A stretch of 64,000 nucleotides of DNA from an uncultured virus (IMG/VR IMGVR_UViG_3300021139_001059) (taxonomy: Duplodnaviria > Heunggongvirae > Uroviricota > Caudoviricetes): IMG/VR virus record IMGVR_UViG_3300021139_001059, one strand, 5' to 3'. Shown piece after piece: positions 16,831 to 26,289 of the stretch. Numbering within the stretch: the first letter of the stretch is position 1; every line of letters starts with the position of its first letter. The position numbers and the translations under genes are program-made. The notes beneath the pieces are model-generated. The model made no database searches and had not been told where the DNA came from. It worked only from the letters and a program-made list of their open reading frames with translations.

Positions 16831-17103
16831 ATGAGCATGTACAAGCGTGATGAAATTCTAAAAGACCTCCACACACATATCATCGAAGTCACGTTCACTA
16901 AGGTGAATGGTCAGCAACGTGTCATGCGTTGCACTCTCGATCCTCAGTATCTTCCATCTAACTATGATAAGAACTACATGGAAGAACAACATAAGAAGAA
17001 AGAGAATCTCGACGTCATCGTCGCATGGGATATTGTATCCAACGGCTGGCGTTCATTCCGCATCGAATCAGTCTCTTACGTTCAAATCATCAACGCGGAC
17101 TAA
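16831..17103 (+). CDS. Conserved phage protein (WYL_2/DUF2693-like)
   Basis: VTFTKVNG..R.M.CTL; WD....GWRSFR. Confidence 0.7.
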   Translation: MSMYKRDEILKDLHTHIIEVTFTKVNGQQRVMRCTLDPQYLPSNYDKNYMEEQHKKKENLDVIVAWDIVSNGWRSFRIESVSYVQIINAD

Positions 17104-17108
17104 TATAA

Positions 17109-17384
17109 ATGACCAAACTCTATATGGTTGAAACTCTCTCGCAGTTTCGTCATCGTTATGTTGTAGAGATTTCTGATGATGCTACAATCGATGATGCAAC
17201 ATATTATGTTTTGAATAACGATAATGTAGAAGAGATGAGTCAATATCATCTCGGTGAGTTGGACTTTTCCACTCGTGAAATTACCAAAGAAGAATATCTG
17301 AAATTATTCAACGAAGACAATTATTATCTATCAGAATGGTCTGATGAAAAAAAGTTCACACTTATCAACAAGTATATGGAGTAA
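17109..17384 (+). CDS. hypothetical protein
   Basis: 91 aa ORF in operon. Confidence 0.65.
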   Translation: MTKLYMVETLSQFRHRYVVEISDDATIDDATYYVLNNDNVEEMSQYHLGELDFSTREITKEEYLKLFNEDNYYLSEWSDEKKFTLINKYME

Positions 17385-17388
17385 TGAA

Positions 17389-17757
17389 ATGGCACATTGG
17401 TGGGGTTATCACTTAATTTTAGATTGCGCCGATCTTGATCATAATAAGATCACAGACGGAGACAACATCTATTACTTTACAAAACAGCTGGTCAAGGACA
17501 TCGATATGATTGCCTATGGCGAGCCACAGATCGTAAACTTTGGTAGCGGTAACAAAGCAGGTTATACTCTAGTTCAGTTGATCGAGACATCAAATATCTG
17601 CGCACACTTTGTTCCCGACGACGGCAACGGAGGTAATGCTATGTACCTCGATGTGTTCTCTTGCAAAGAGTATGACACCGACATCGTCATCGATTTGGTC
17701 AAGCAATATTTCGGCGCCAAGTATATTCGCCCTAACTATCTGACGCGACAAGCTTGA
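17389..17757 (+). CDS. speD: S-adenosylmethionine decarboxylase-like pyruvoyl enzyme
   Basis: GYHLILDC, GYT.VQLIETSNI.AH, YLDVFSCK. Confidence 0.8.
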   Translation: MAHWWGYHLILDCADLDHNKITDGDNIYYFTKQLVKDIDMIAYGEPQIVNFGSGNKAGYTLVQLIETSNICAHFVPDDGNGGNAMYLDVFSCKEYDTDIVIDLVKQYFGAKYIRPNYLTRQA

Positions 17758-17765
17758 GGTATACA

Positions 17766-18371
17766 ATGAGTGACACTATTGATCAAATTGTTTTCAACAA
17801 TAATGAATGGGAGATAAAACGTATTGGTTCGTTAGTTCCATCAGTACGATTTAAAGTTCGTGTTCGTGATGACTCTATTCAAGGTCCAAACCCATTCCGT
17901 TGGAGCAAGATCAACACGTTTCAATTGTTTGCTGGTAAGAGAGTTATCGTGTTCTCACTTCCTGGAGCGTTCACACCAACATGCGATACTTACCAACTTC
18001 CTGGATTTGAAAACAACTATGACAAGTTTAAAGAGCTTGGCGTTGATGACATCTACTGCATTTCAGTCAATGATTCGTTTGTAATGAATTGCTGGGCAAA
18101 GCAACAGAACTTGAAGAACGTCACGGTAATTCCTGATGGTAATGCTGACTTCACAAGCGCCATGAATATGTGCGTATCGAAACGTAATCTTGGATTTGGT
18201 GTACGTTCTTGGCGTTATGCGTTCGTTGCTGACGATGGTATCATTGAAGCATGGTGGCAAGAGCCTGGATTTGGTAATGACGTAGACGAAGATCCGTATG
18301 GTGAAACATCGCCCGAAAACATTTTACAATGGCTTCGTGCAGCAAAAGTAGAAGAGGAACGTGGACAATGA
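17766..18371 (+). CDS. Peroxiredoxin (Prx5-type)
   Basis: FSLPGAFTPTC, SVNDSFVM, DGN.DF, RSWRY. Confidence 0.9.
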   Translation: MSDTIDQIVFNNNEWEIKRIGSLVPSVRFKVRVRDDSIQGPNPFRWSKINTFQLFAGKRVIVFSLPGAFTPTCDTYQLPGFENNYDKFKELGVDDIYCISVNDSFVMNCWAKQQNLKNVTVIPDGNADFTSAMNMCVSKRNLGFGVRSWRYAFVADDGIIEAWWQEPGFGNDVDEDPYGETSPENILQWLRAAKVEEERGQ

Positions 18372-19186
18372 GCTTGATTTTCTCTGATTTTGATCAGAAT
18401 TCACCGATGTCACAGAAGGCTATTCAGGCCAAACAGGTGAATGGACCAGAGTATTGGCCTACGATGCGTGAAGTGTTTGCGCATGATACTCAAACACTAC
18501 CATTGCCACGCTTTCGTTTTTGGGCAAGCTGTCATAACGTACCGCTCATTACCACTGGTCGTGTAGCACGTTTCATGGGTGCTGCATTCACAGCAGCTTT
18601 TAATGATTCTGACTTCGACTATGCGTTGAAAGAAAATTGGATCGGTGTACCAGAAGGCATGGAGCATGCTTTTAAAGTATCAGACGACTATGATACGAGT
18701 ATGCAACGTATTCAAGACGTAGCACACATCGCAATCTGCGGTTTTACGCCTGATGAAATCAAGAACTGTAAGAGCATAGTTGAGATCGGTGGTGGTTACG
18801 GTGATATGTGTTCAGTCGTACACGATCTTGGTTTTACTGGTAAGTATACGATCTATGATTTTCCTGAAGTGCAGACGATTCAAGACTATTATCTGAAGAA
18901 GCAAGACATCAATGCTAACTTCGTTTCAGATCCTGCTGATCTTGAACCCGCTGATTTGGTCATCGCTACTTGGTCGTTGAGTGAAATTCCTATCGATTTT
19001 CGTGATACTATCATGGAGAAGATCGTCAGCTCAGAGAAGTGGTTAGTCATGTATCAGGCTAAGATCTTTGGTACGATCGATAATACAGACTACTTTAAGA
19101 AGTGGTTCGCTGATCGCAATCCAGTATTCATGAAGCATAATGAAACTGCTGCTGACGGTGAAAATACATATATGGTGATCAAATAA
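18368..19186 (+). CDS. Putative sugar O-methyltransferase (SAM-dependent)
   Basis: IVEIGGGYG, Y.IYDFPEV..IQ, DLVIATWSLSE. Confidence 0.7.
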   Translation: MSLIFSDFDQNSPMSQKAIQAKQVNGPEYWPTMREVFAHDTQTLPLPRFRFWASCHNVPLITTGRVARFMGAAFTAAFNDSDFDYALKENWIGVPEGMEHAFKVSDDYDTSMQRIQDVAHIAICGFTPDEIKNCKSIVEIGGGYGDMCSVVHDLGFTGKYTIYDFPEVQTIQDYYLKKQDINANFVSDPADLEPADLVIATWSLSEIPIDFRDTIMEKIVSSEKWLVMYQAKIFGTIDNTDYFKKWFADRNPVFMKHNETAADGENTYMVIK

Positions 19187-19590
19187 TGTTAAAGATTGGT
19201 TTTACTTGTAGTGCATTCGATCTGTTTCATGCAGGTCATGTCGAGATGCTACGCGAATGTAAAAATCAATGTGATTACTTGATCGTTGGATTGCAATCAG
19301 ATCCGACGATCGATCGCCCAGAAAAGAACAAGCCAGTTCAATCTCTCTATGAACGCTATGTTCAACTGCGTGCATGTAGGTATGTTGATGAGATTATTGT
19401 TTATGATACAGAACACGATCTTATTAACCTATTAGGCATTGAACCGATCACACATCGTTTTGTTGGTGTTGAATATAAAAATACATACATTACAGGACAA
19501 GATGTTTGTGAACAGCGCAATATAGAAATCATATATAATAGTAGACATCACATGTATAGTAGTAGTGAATTGAGGAGTCGTTTGGTATGA
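19186..19590 (+). CDS. Cytidylyltransferase-like nucleotidyltransferase (TagD/HldE C-terminal superfamily)
   Basis: FDLFHAGH, LIVGL.SD, ER...L.ACRYVDE, SSS.LR. Confidence 0.88.
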   Translation: MLKIGFTCSAFDLFHAGHVEMLRECKNQCDYLIVGLQSDPTIDRPEKNKPVQSLYERYVQLRACRYVDEIIVYDTEHDLINLLGIEPITHRFVGVEYKNTYITGQDVCEQRNIEIIYNSRHHMYSSSELRSRLV

Positions 19591-20174
19591 GTTTTAGTGA
19601 TTTATATTTCAATGAAGTAATTGACATCGCATCATCTATAAATACAGAGAAAGTAGAAACTCTTGCTAATACACTCGCAAATACTAGAGATGTCAGCGAA
19701 GGTCGTGTCTTCATTCTGGGAGTTGGCGGCAGTGCAGGCAATGCCTCACACATGGTTAATGACCTCAGAAAACTCTGCGCTATCGAAGCTTACGCACCAA
19801 CAGATAATGTTTCAGAGTTGTCTGCTCGAACAAATGATGAAGGTTTTGACACCGTATTTGAAGAGTATCTCCGAATCAGCAAACTCAACTACAAAGACAC
19901 CATCTTCATTCTATCCGTCGGCGGAGGTGATGAAGACCGTAATGTGTCAGTAGGTCTAATCAAAGCTATCAAGTATGCTCGTTCTAAGGATGCTAGCATC
20001 GTTGGTATCGTAGGCAAGTCAGATGGCTATACAGCAAACAATGCTGACGTATGTGTCGTAGTTCCACCCATCGAACCAAAGCGTGTAACACCTCACTCAG
20101 AAGCATTCCAAGCAGTGGTATGGCATTGCTTAGTTTCTCATCCTAAACTTCAAATTCATCAGACAAAATGGTAA
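19587..20174 (+). CDS. gmhA: SIS-domain phosphoheptose isomerase-like
   Basis: G.GGSA.NASH..ND, A.TND.GF..VF, H.E. Confidence 0.8.
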   Translation: MSFSDLYFNEVIDIASSINTEKVETLANTLANTRDVSEGRVFILGVGGSAGNASHMVNDLRKLCAIEAYAPTDNVSELSARTNDEGFDTVFEEYLRISKLNYKDTIFILSVGGGDEDRNVSVGLIKAIKYARSKDASIVGIVGKSDGYTANNADVCVVVPPIEPKRVTPHSEAFQAVVWHCLVSHPKLQIHQTKW

Positions 20175-20710
20175 GACGAGCTGTCTTTTTTGATAGAGAT
20201 GGTGTATTAAATTATTTGGTAAATCACGACGGTGTGATGACTGCGCCGTGGAGTTTTGACGAATTTGAATTTATGACTGGCGTAGAAGAAGCTGTCAATC
20301 TAATACGTAAACTCGATTACCTAACTTTTGTAGTCACCAATCAACCAGACGTATTAGACGATAAACTTAATTCTATGGATCTAAAAATGATGATGCTGAT
20401 GTGTATAAAACACTTAGGTATCGATGACGGTCTGGTTGCTTATGAACGTGGTTCTGCTTGGTATAAACCAAACAATGGCATGATAGAAACGTTAATAAAA
20501 AGCTACAAGATCGATCGGGGAAGTAGCTATATAATAGGTGATCGATGGAAAGACATCGTAGCCGGTCACAAGAGCAAACTCAATACGATATACGTAGGCG
20601 AAGTTCCCTACCAATCTCCAGAAAAATATCAACACATTCAACCAGATTACATAGCAGACAATACGTTGCATGCGTGTACTCTTATATCGGAGCTGACAAG
20701 AGATGATTAA
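20168..20710 (+). CDS. gmhB: Heptose 1,7-bisphosphate phosphatase-like HAD-IIIA
   Basis: FFDRDGVLN, VVTNQ, KPNNGM, IGDRWKDI.AG. Confidence 0.85.
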   Translation: MVRRAVFFDRDGVLNYLVNHDGVMTAPWSFDEFEFMTGVEEAVNLIRKLDYLTFVVTNQPDVLDDKLNSMDLKMMMLMCIKHLGIDDGLVAYERGSAWYKPNNGMIETLIKSYKIDRGSSYIIGDRWKDIVAGHKSKLNTIYVGEVPYQSPEKYQHIQPDYIADNTLHACTLISELTRDD

Positions 20711-21434
20711 ATTATATGCAGATGGCGCAGCGATGGAAGGTATCATCGAAGCCGCGAAAGATCCAGAAATTACTGGATTTACGACTAACCCTACATTAAT
20801 GCGTCAAGCTGGTGTGACTGACTACGCTCAATTTGCACAGGACGTTATCAAGTATCTCGCTGTTCAACGACCCGACACTTGTTTGTCTCTTGAAGTTTTT
20901 GCAGATACACCAGACGAGATCATTCGTCAAGCTCGTATCATCAGTGACTGGGGTGATTCAGCCGCTTATCCAGTATACGTAAAGATTCCTGTCATGTATA
21001 CGAACGGTGAGTCGACAAAAGATATTATCAAGCAACTGAGCGATGAGGGTATCAAGCTCAACATCACTGCAGTGTTTACTGTAGAACAAGCACAAGAAGT
21101 TTTAGAAAATCTTAATCGTAAGACGCCTTCGATCGTTTCTATTTTTGCTGGTCGTATTGCAGATGCTGGCGAAGATCCAGAATCGATCGTTAGTTCTATA
21201 CTTTTACAGTATTCTTTCTACTCAGATGAAGACGATAAGGTAGAGTTCTTATGGGCTTCTTCTCGTGAAGCTTATAACTACAAGCATGCAGAATGGTCGG
21301 GTTGTGACATCATCACTATGACACCAGACTTGATCAAGAAAGTCAAAGGATTTGGTAAAGACTTGACTCAGTTCTCTCGTGAGACCTGTCAGATGTTCTA
21401 TGACGATGCTGTGAAGAGCGGGTTTAAACTATGA
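20703..21434 (+). CDS. tal: Transaldolase (TalC/FSA-type)
   Basis: GFTTNPTL, YVKIP, NITAVF, S.FAGRI.D, LWAS.R. Confidence 0.9.
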   Translation: MIKLYADGAAMEGIIEAAKDPEITGFTTNPTLMRQAGVTDYAQFAQDVIKYLAVQRPDTCLSLEVFADTPDEIIRQARIISDWGDSAAYPVYVKIPVMYTNGESTKDIIKQLSDEGIKLNITAVFTVEQAQEVLENLNRKTPSIVSIFAGRIADAGEDPESIVSSILLQYSFYSDEDDKVEFLWASSREAYNYKHAEWSGCDIITMTPDLIKKVKGFGKDLTQFSRETCQMFYDDAVKSGFKL

Positions 21435-22441
21435 GTGCATTTGAAGAAAATGAAATCTCCGTCAATGCTAATGGCGGAACTGAAATTGCTAAGCGTAAGC
21501 TAGCTGAAATTATTGATCCTGCATTACTTGAAAACTTTCAGATCGTTAGTTCACGTGCTCGTGATCTGGATCCTACTAAGATCAGAATCTTTTGGGCACA
21601 TGATCTTGCTGAAGATCCAGAGTCTGTTAAGTTTCGTGATCAAACTTTTAAAGACAGCTGGCATAAGTTCGTCTTTATCTCTAATTGGCAGTATCAGCGT
21701 TATCAGTTGATGCATAATATCGAATACGATAATAAGTCGATCGTACTAGAATCTGGTATCGAACCAGCAACAGATACAGTCTTTGATCTTAAGAAGTCAG
21801 ACGACGGTAAGATTCACATCGTCTATACATCTACGCCTCAGCGTGGATTAGAACTTTTGATTCCTGTATTTGAAAAGCTTTGTGAAATCCACAACGACAT
21901 CCATCTCGACGTGTTCTCTTCGTTTAAGATCTATGGTTGGGATGAAATGGATAAGCAGTTCGAACCCTTATATGATAAGGTACGTAGTCATCCAAACATG
22001 ACTTACTACGGCTTCGTACCAAATAAAGAGCTAAAAGATCATCTGAACAAGTCACACATCTTTGCTTATCCATCGATCTGGATCGAGACTTCATGTCGTG
22101 CTATGTTAGAATCTATGTCAGCAGGATTAGTATGTGTGCATCCTAACTTCGGTGCATTAGCAGAAACTTCTGGTGGTCTGAATATCATGTATCAGGGTGA
22201 TAACGATAAAAATAAACATGCTAATATCTTTATCAATCACCTCAACTCTGCTATTAACTTCGTAAGAAACGGTGATCATCAGCCGATGATTCATTTTAAT
22301 AAAACTTTTGTTGATTCAAGATATAACATCGAACGTATTAAGAATCAATGGGAAATGATGCTACGTGAATTGCTAAATCAATATCCAGATGAAGCATCAC
22401 GTGCAATTCCAAAGCCTCAATTTGTTTATAGGACTGCTTAA
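21431..22441 (+). CDS. GT-B (family 4-like) glycosyltransferase
   Basis: GGTE, YTSTP.RGL, YPS.W.ETSC...LE.M.AG. Confidence 0.88.
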   Translation: MSAFEENEISVNANGGTEIAKRKLAEIIDPALLENFQIVSSRARDLDPTKIRIFWAHDLAEDPESVKFRDQTFKDSWHKFVFISNWQYQRYQLMHNIEYDNKSIVLESGIEPATDTVFDLKKSDDGKIHIVYTSTPQRGLELLIPVFEKLCEIHNDIHLDVFSSFKIYGWDEMDKQFEPLYDKVRSHPNMTYYGFVPNKELKDHLNKSHIFAYPSIWIETSCRAMLESMSAGLVCVHPNFGALAETSGGLNIMYQGDNDKNKHANIFINHLNSAINFVRNGDHQPMIHFNKTFVDSRYNIERIKNQWEMMLRELLNQYPDEASRAIPKPQFVYRTA

Positions 22442-23433
22442 TGATCGTCTCTAAGACACCACTTCGTATTTCATTCTTTAGCGGTGGTAGTGATATGCCA
22501 TCGTTCTATGAAAAAGACAGGGGCGCTGCGTTGTCGGTAACGATCGACAAATACATCTATGTGATGCTTCATAAGACTCCACATCTCGGTATTAAGGTCA
22601 TGTATGATACGATCGAAGAATTCCCAGATGTGGAGCAAATGCAGCATGCTATCACGCGTGAGAGCTTCAAACACTTTGGAATCGAGAAAGAAGTAACTGT
22701 AGCATCGATCGCTGATATTCTTGCTAAGGGCTCGGGACTAGGTTCTTCGTCTGCATTTACGTTGGGTCTCGTAAACGTACTAGCACATCAAAATAAGTTC
22801 GAGAGTCTTGTATCGAGAGAGTATCTCGCACAGACTGCTTATTACATCGAACGTGAGTTGTGTGGGTATCCTGTAGGCAAGCAAGATCAGTATGCATCAG
22901 CTTACGGTGGTATGAACTTATTCGAATTCAATAAAGACGATACAGTCGACATTCGTCCGATGACATATAATCGTAATACATGGACAGATCTTGAAGATAG
23001 ATTATTGTTAGTCTATTCTGGTAGAGGTCGTAATGCCAACTCTATCTTGCAGAAACAGTCAGCTGCAATGAGCGACGAGACTAAGTTCAATCTCGTCAAG
23101 GCATCAAGAGACAAAGCTTATGTAGGTGCACGATACATCAAAGAAAATAGACTTGACGACTTTGGTGCATTACTACACGAAGCATGGATGGATAAGAAAG
23201 CCGTAGAGACTTCTATTACCAACGAGTACTTCGACAGTGTATATAACAGAGCGATCGAAGCCGGTGCATTGGGTGGCAAGTTGCTTGGTGCCGGCGGCGG
23301 TGGATTCTTCTTATTCTATGTAGATCTTTCAAAACGTCAGAGAGTCATTGACGTGATTACAGACGGCACAGAATGCAAGATCTATGATTTTAAGTTTACA
23401 GAGTATGGTAGCCGCTTGGCAACTCACTGTTAA
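22441..23433 (+). CDS. hddA: GHMP sugar kinase, heptose 7-phosphate kinase-like
   Basis: TPLRISF..GGSD, GSGLGSSSA, GKQDQYA, GGKLLGAGGGG. Confidence 0.88.
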   Translation: MIVSKTPLRISFFSGGSDMPSFYEKDRGAALSVTIDKYIYVMLHKTPHLGIKVMYDTIEEFPDVEQMQHAITRESFKHFGIEKEVTVASIADILAKGSGLGSSSAFTLGLVNVLAHQNKFESLVSREYLAQTAYYIERELCGYPVGKQDQYASAYGGMNLFEFNKDDTVDIRPMTYNRNTWTDLEDRLLLVYSGRGRNANSILQKQSAAMSDETKFNLVKASRDKAYVGARYIKENRLDDFGALLHEAWMDKKAVETSITNEYFDSVYNRAIEAGALGGKLLGAGGGGFFLFYVDLSKRQRVIDVITDGTECKIYDFKFTEYGSRLATHC

Positions 23434-23441
23434 TAAATATA

Positions 23442-23469
23442 TGTACATCCTCAACGGAGATGGTATAAT
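23442..23469 (+). promoter_or_regulatory. Early/middle promoter
   Basis: TGTACA-16 bp-TATAAT. Confidence 0.6.
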
Positions 23470-23472
23470 TAC

Positions 23473-23868
23473 ATGATGCCAGCAAATAACGTTATCGTAT
23501 TTCCTAGCAAGAACAAACAACTAGTCAACGCACCTACTACTGATGCCGAGATTGCTTTGAACGTAAACCAGATCAGATATAATCATATCAATGAGACTCT
23601 TGGTGCAATCGTTCCTATCATATTTGGCAACATTGAGTTAGCAGGATTTGACTTTTTAGTAGATGAGGGTGAAGTAGATCCTAATCTTAAAGACGGTGCA
23701 CTCTTGGTAGAAAGCTTGAGATCTATGTTATGTAAGTACTACAATATAGAACATCCTCTCCAAGAAGTAGCCGAAGAGTTGTTTGTAGAGCAAGAAGACG
23801 GTTCGTTTGAGTTGGCTGAATCATTGATGATTGAGTTTGAACAGAAAGGAAACGGACAAGTTCCGTAA
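23473..23868 (+). CDS. hypothetical protein
   Basis: NNVIVFP N-terminus; 131 aa. Confidence 0.65.
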   Translation: MMPANNVIVFPSKNKQLVNAPTTDAEIALNVNQIRYNHINETLGAIVPIIFGNIELAGFDFLVDEGEVDPNLKDGALLVESLRSMLCKYYNIEHPLQEVAEELFVEQEDGSFELAESLMIEFEQKGNGQVP

Positions 23869-23872
23869 CATT

Positions 23873-24721
23873 ATGATTATTGTTGACCTTAATCAAGTCG
23901 TGCTTTCTAATCTGATGGTGTCACTAGGAAATCACACCAATGCACAGATAGAAGAAAACATGGTGCGACACATGGTACTAAACGCTTTGCGTATGTACAA
24001 AGTGAAGTTTTCACCGGATTACGGTGATATGGTCATCGCTTGTGACAACACCAACGTGTGGCGTAAGAAAGAGTTTCCTTACTACAAAGCCAATCGTAAG
24101 AAGAACCAAGAGACTTCAGAACTCGATTGGAAAAGCATCTTCGAGTGTCTCAACAAGATTCGCCAAGAACTTAAAGACTATCTGCCCTATCGTGTCATCG
24201 ACGTAGAGTCAGCAGAAGCAGACGATGTCATCGCTACTCTCGTTAAGCATAAACACGAAGAGCAAAACATCTTGATCTTGTCTGGCGATAAAGACTTCAT
24301 TCAGCTTCATAAGTATGACGGCGTACAGCAGTACGATCCGGTACGTAAGCGTAAGATCTCTCATGACAATCCGCAACGTTATCTCATCGAACATATCTTG
24401 AAGGGCGATTCGGGCGACGGCATTCCTAACGTGTTGTCACCAGATAACTGCTTTGTGATTGGTGAACGTCAGAAGCCTATGACTGCTAAGAAGATCGCAC
24501 ACTATCTTACTGTCGATCCTAGTGAGATCGATGATCCTATCGTTCAACGCAACTATTTTCGTAATAAGATGTTGATCGATCTAGAATCTGTGCCATCATA
24601 TATAGCTGATAAGGTGTTAGAACAATACGAAGCTCAGAGCGGACGTGATCGCTCAAAGATGATGAACTATTTTATTGCTAACAAATTGAAAAATCTAATG
24701 GAAAATCTAGCGGAGTTTTAA
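23873..24721 (+). CDS. rnh: T4-like RNase H (5'-3' exonuclease)
   Basis: IIVD.NQ, WR...FPYYKA.R, EADD.I, SGDKDF.QL, GD.GDGIPN. Confidence 0.93.
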   Translation: MIIVDLNQVVLSNLMVSLGNHTNAQIEENMVRHMVLNALRMYKVKFSPDYGDMVIACDNTNVWRKKEFPYYKANRKKNQETSELDWKSIFECLNKIRQELKDYLPYRVIDVESAEADDVIATLVKHKHEEQNILILSGDKDFIQLHKYDGVQQYDPVRKRKISHDNPQRYLIEHILKGDSGDGIPNVLSPDNCFVIGERQKPMTAKKIAHYLTVDPSEIDDPIVQRNYFRNKMLIDLESVPSYIADKVLEQYEAQSGRDRSKMMNYFIANKLKNLMENLAEF

Positions 24722-25159
24722 ATGGGAATGGTAGTAGGTGTAGCAGAGTTTTTAGAGAACGTCTCTAAGCTCAAGAAGCGTGAAGAAAAAGTTGCGGCTT
24801 TAAGACACAACGACAGCGTCGTATTGCGTATGATAATGCAGGGTGCATTTGATCCTAATGTCAAGTGGGCTTTGCCACCGGGTGTTCCACCATATACACC
24901 TAACACTCTCGTCGATCAAGAACACGTGTTCATTCGCGAGTCGCGTAAGATCCCATACTTTATCGAGGGTATGCATCCGAATCTCAAACAAATCAAGCGT
25001 GAATCTTTATTCATCGAACTTTTAGAACAAGTATCACCTAAAGATGCATTGTTACTATGTTCAATCAAAGATAAGAAATTACCAGTCAAGGGTATCACAA
25101 AAGACATCGTTTTAGAGGCACTACCGGGACTTTTCAAAGATGAGCAAACAAACGTATAA
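24722..25159 (+). CDS. Conserved T4-like hypothetical protein
   Basis: FDP...W.LP.G.PPY, KRE.LFI.LLE; follows rnh. Confidence 0.7.
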   Translation: MGMVVGVAEFLENVSKLKKREEKVAALRHNDSVVLRMIMQGAFDPNVKWALPPGVPPYTPNTLVDQEHVFIRESRKIPYFIEGMHPNLKQIKRESLFIELLEQVSPKDALLLCSIKDKKLPVKGITKDIVLEALPGLFKDEQTNV

Positions 25160-25316
25160 GTCAATGCGTAAATACGAGTATGATGACTATTATGAAGAAG
25201 ATACTCGAAACAAAAAGAACAAGAGAGAAGAACGCCGCTTGCAAAGGGCACTTCGAACTAAAAATATCAAAGAATTGGTAGAAGAAGATGCCTACTTACA
25301 AATTCAAAAACAATGA
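25140..25316 (+). CDS. small charged hypothetical protein (58 aa)
   Basis: MSKQTYKSMRKYEYDDYY...; fills gap. Confidence 0.5.
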   Translation: MSKQTYKSMRKYEYDDYYEEDTRNKKNKREERRLQRALRTKNIKELVEEDAYLQIQKQ

Positions 25317-25530
25317 AACTGGTGAAGAGTTTGAGGATTTCATGACAATCTCTCAGCTCGATGTTTATCTTGAGGAAAACAAACATATCACGCAACTAAT
25401 TCATGGTGCTCCTCTCATCCATTCGGGGAGAGGCTTACAAAAACCCGATGCTAGCTTTAGAGATCTGCTAAAGCATATCAAAAAAGGCAACTCAAAGGGA
25501 ATCACAAAAAGCACCATCAACACAATGTAA
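25288..25530 (+). CDS. FmdB-like small protein
   Basis: MPTY.F...TGE.FE; precedes phoH. Confidence 0.6.
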   Translation: MPTYKFKNNETGEEFEDFMTISQLDVYLEENKHITQLIHGAPLIHSGRGLQKPDASFRDLLKHIKKGNSKGITKSTINTM

Positions 25531-25539
25531 AGAGAAAAG

Positions 25540-26289
25540 ATGCAACAGAACAATGTAAGGTTAACAAGAAAACAAAAACGTATCTTACAGCAAAAGGGAA
25601 TAGTTCCAGATCAACAAGTTAATAAATTAAACTTCAGATTAAAGCACGTCGAACCGTTGACAAAAAATCAACGAATAACTTTTGAGAAATATCATGACGG
25701 AAAAAACCTACTCCTACACGGAATCGCAGGTACTGGCAAAAGCTTCCTCTCAATCTATCTCTCCCTTCAATCCATATTATCCGACGGCTCGCGATATAAA
25801 AAGCTTGTCATTGTTAGATCCGTTGTACCCACACGAGACATGGGATTCCTCCCAGGAAACAACAAAGAAAAAACCAAAGTCTACGAAGCCCCGTATCTAG
25901 CTATCTTTTCAGAACTATTTGAAAGAGGTGATGCCTATGAATATCTCAAAGGCAAAAATATTGTCGATTTCATCAGTACTAGTTTCATACGCGGTATTAC
26001 TCTTAATGACTGCATTATTGTTGTTGATGAGATAGCCAATATGACGCTACACGAGTTAGACAGCGTTATCACTCGTGTGGGTCAGAACTGTAAGATTCTC
26101 TTCTGTGGTGACTTCAGACAGTCTGACTTTACCAGAGAGCACGAGAAGAACGGTCTAAACGATTTCATGCGAATCATTCAGAGAATGAAGTCATTTGAAT
26201 TTATTGATTTTGACGAGAACGATATCGTTCGTTCGTCGATGGTGAAGGAATATATTCTTGCGAAAGATCGACTCAAGATCGTGGCTTAG
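25540..26289 (+). CDS. phoH: PhoH-family ATPase
   Basis: GIAGTGKS, GFLPG, FIRG.T, VDE..N, GDFRQSD. Confidence 0.93.
   Translation: MQQNNVRLTRKQKRILQQKGIVPDQQVNKLNFRLKHVEPLTKNQRITFEKYHDGKNLLLHGIAGTGKSFLSIYLSLQSILSDGSRYKKLVIVRSVVPTRDMGFLPGNNKEKTKVYEAPYLAIFSELFERGDAYEYLKGKNIVDFISTSFIRGITLNDCIIVVDEIANMTLHELDSVITRVGQNCKILFCGDFRQSDFTREHEKNGLNDFMRIIQRMKSFEFIDFDENDIVRSSMVKEYILAKDRLKIVA

Noticed and set aside
19637..19644. TATAAATA inside gmhA (another at 48213 inside gene 4)
   Set aside because: Intragenic, and such 8-mers arise by chance in AT-rich DNA; cannot be supported without TSS data
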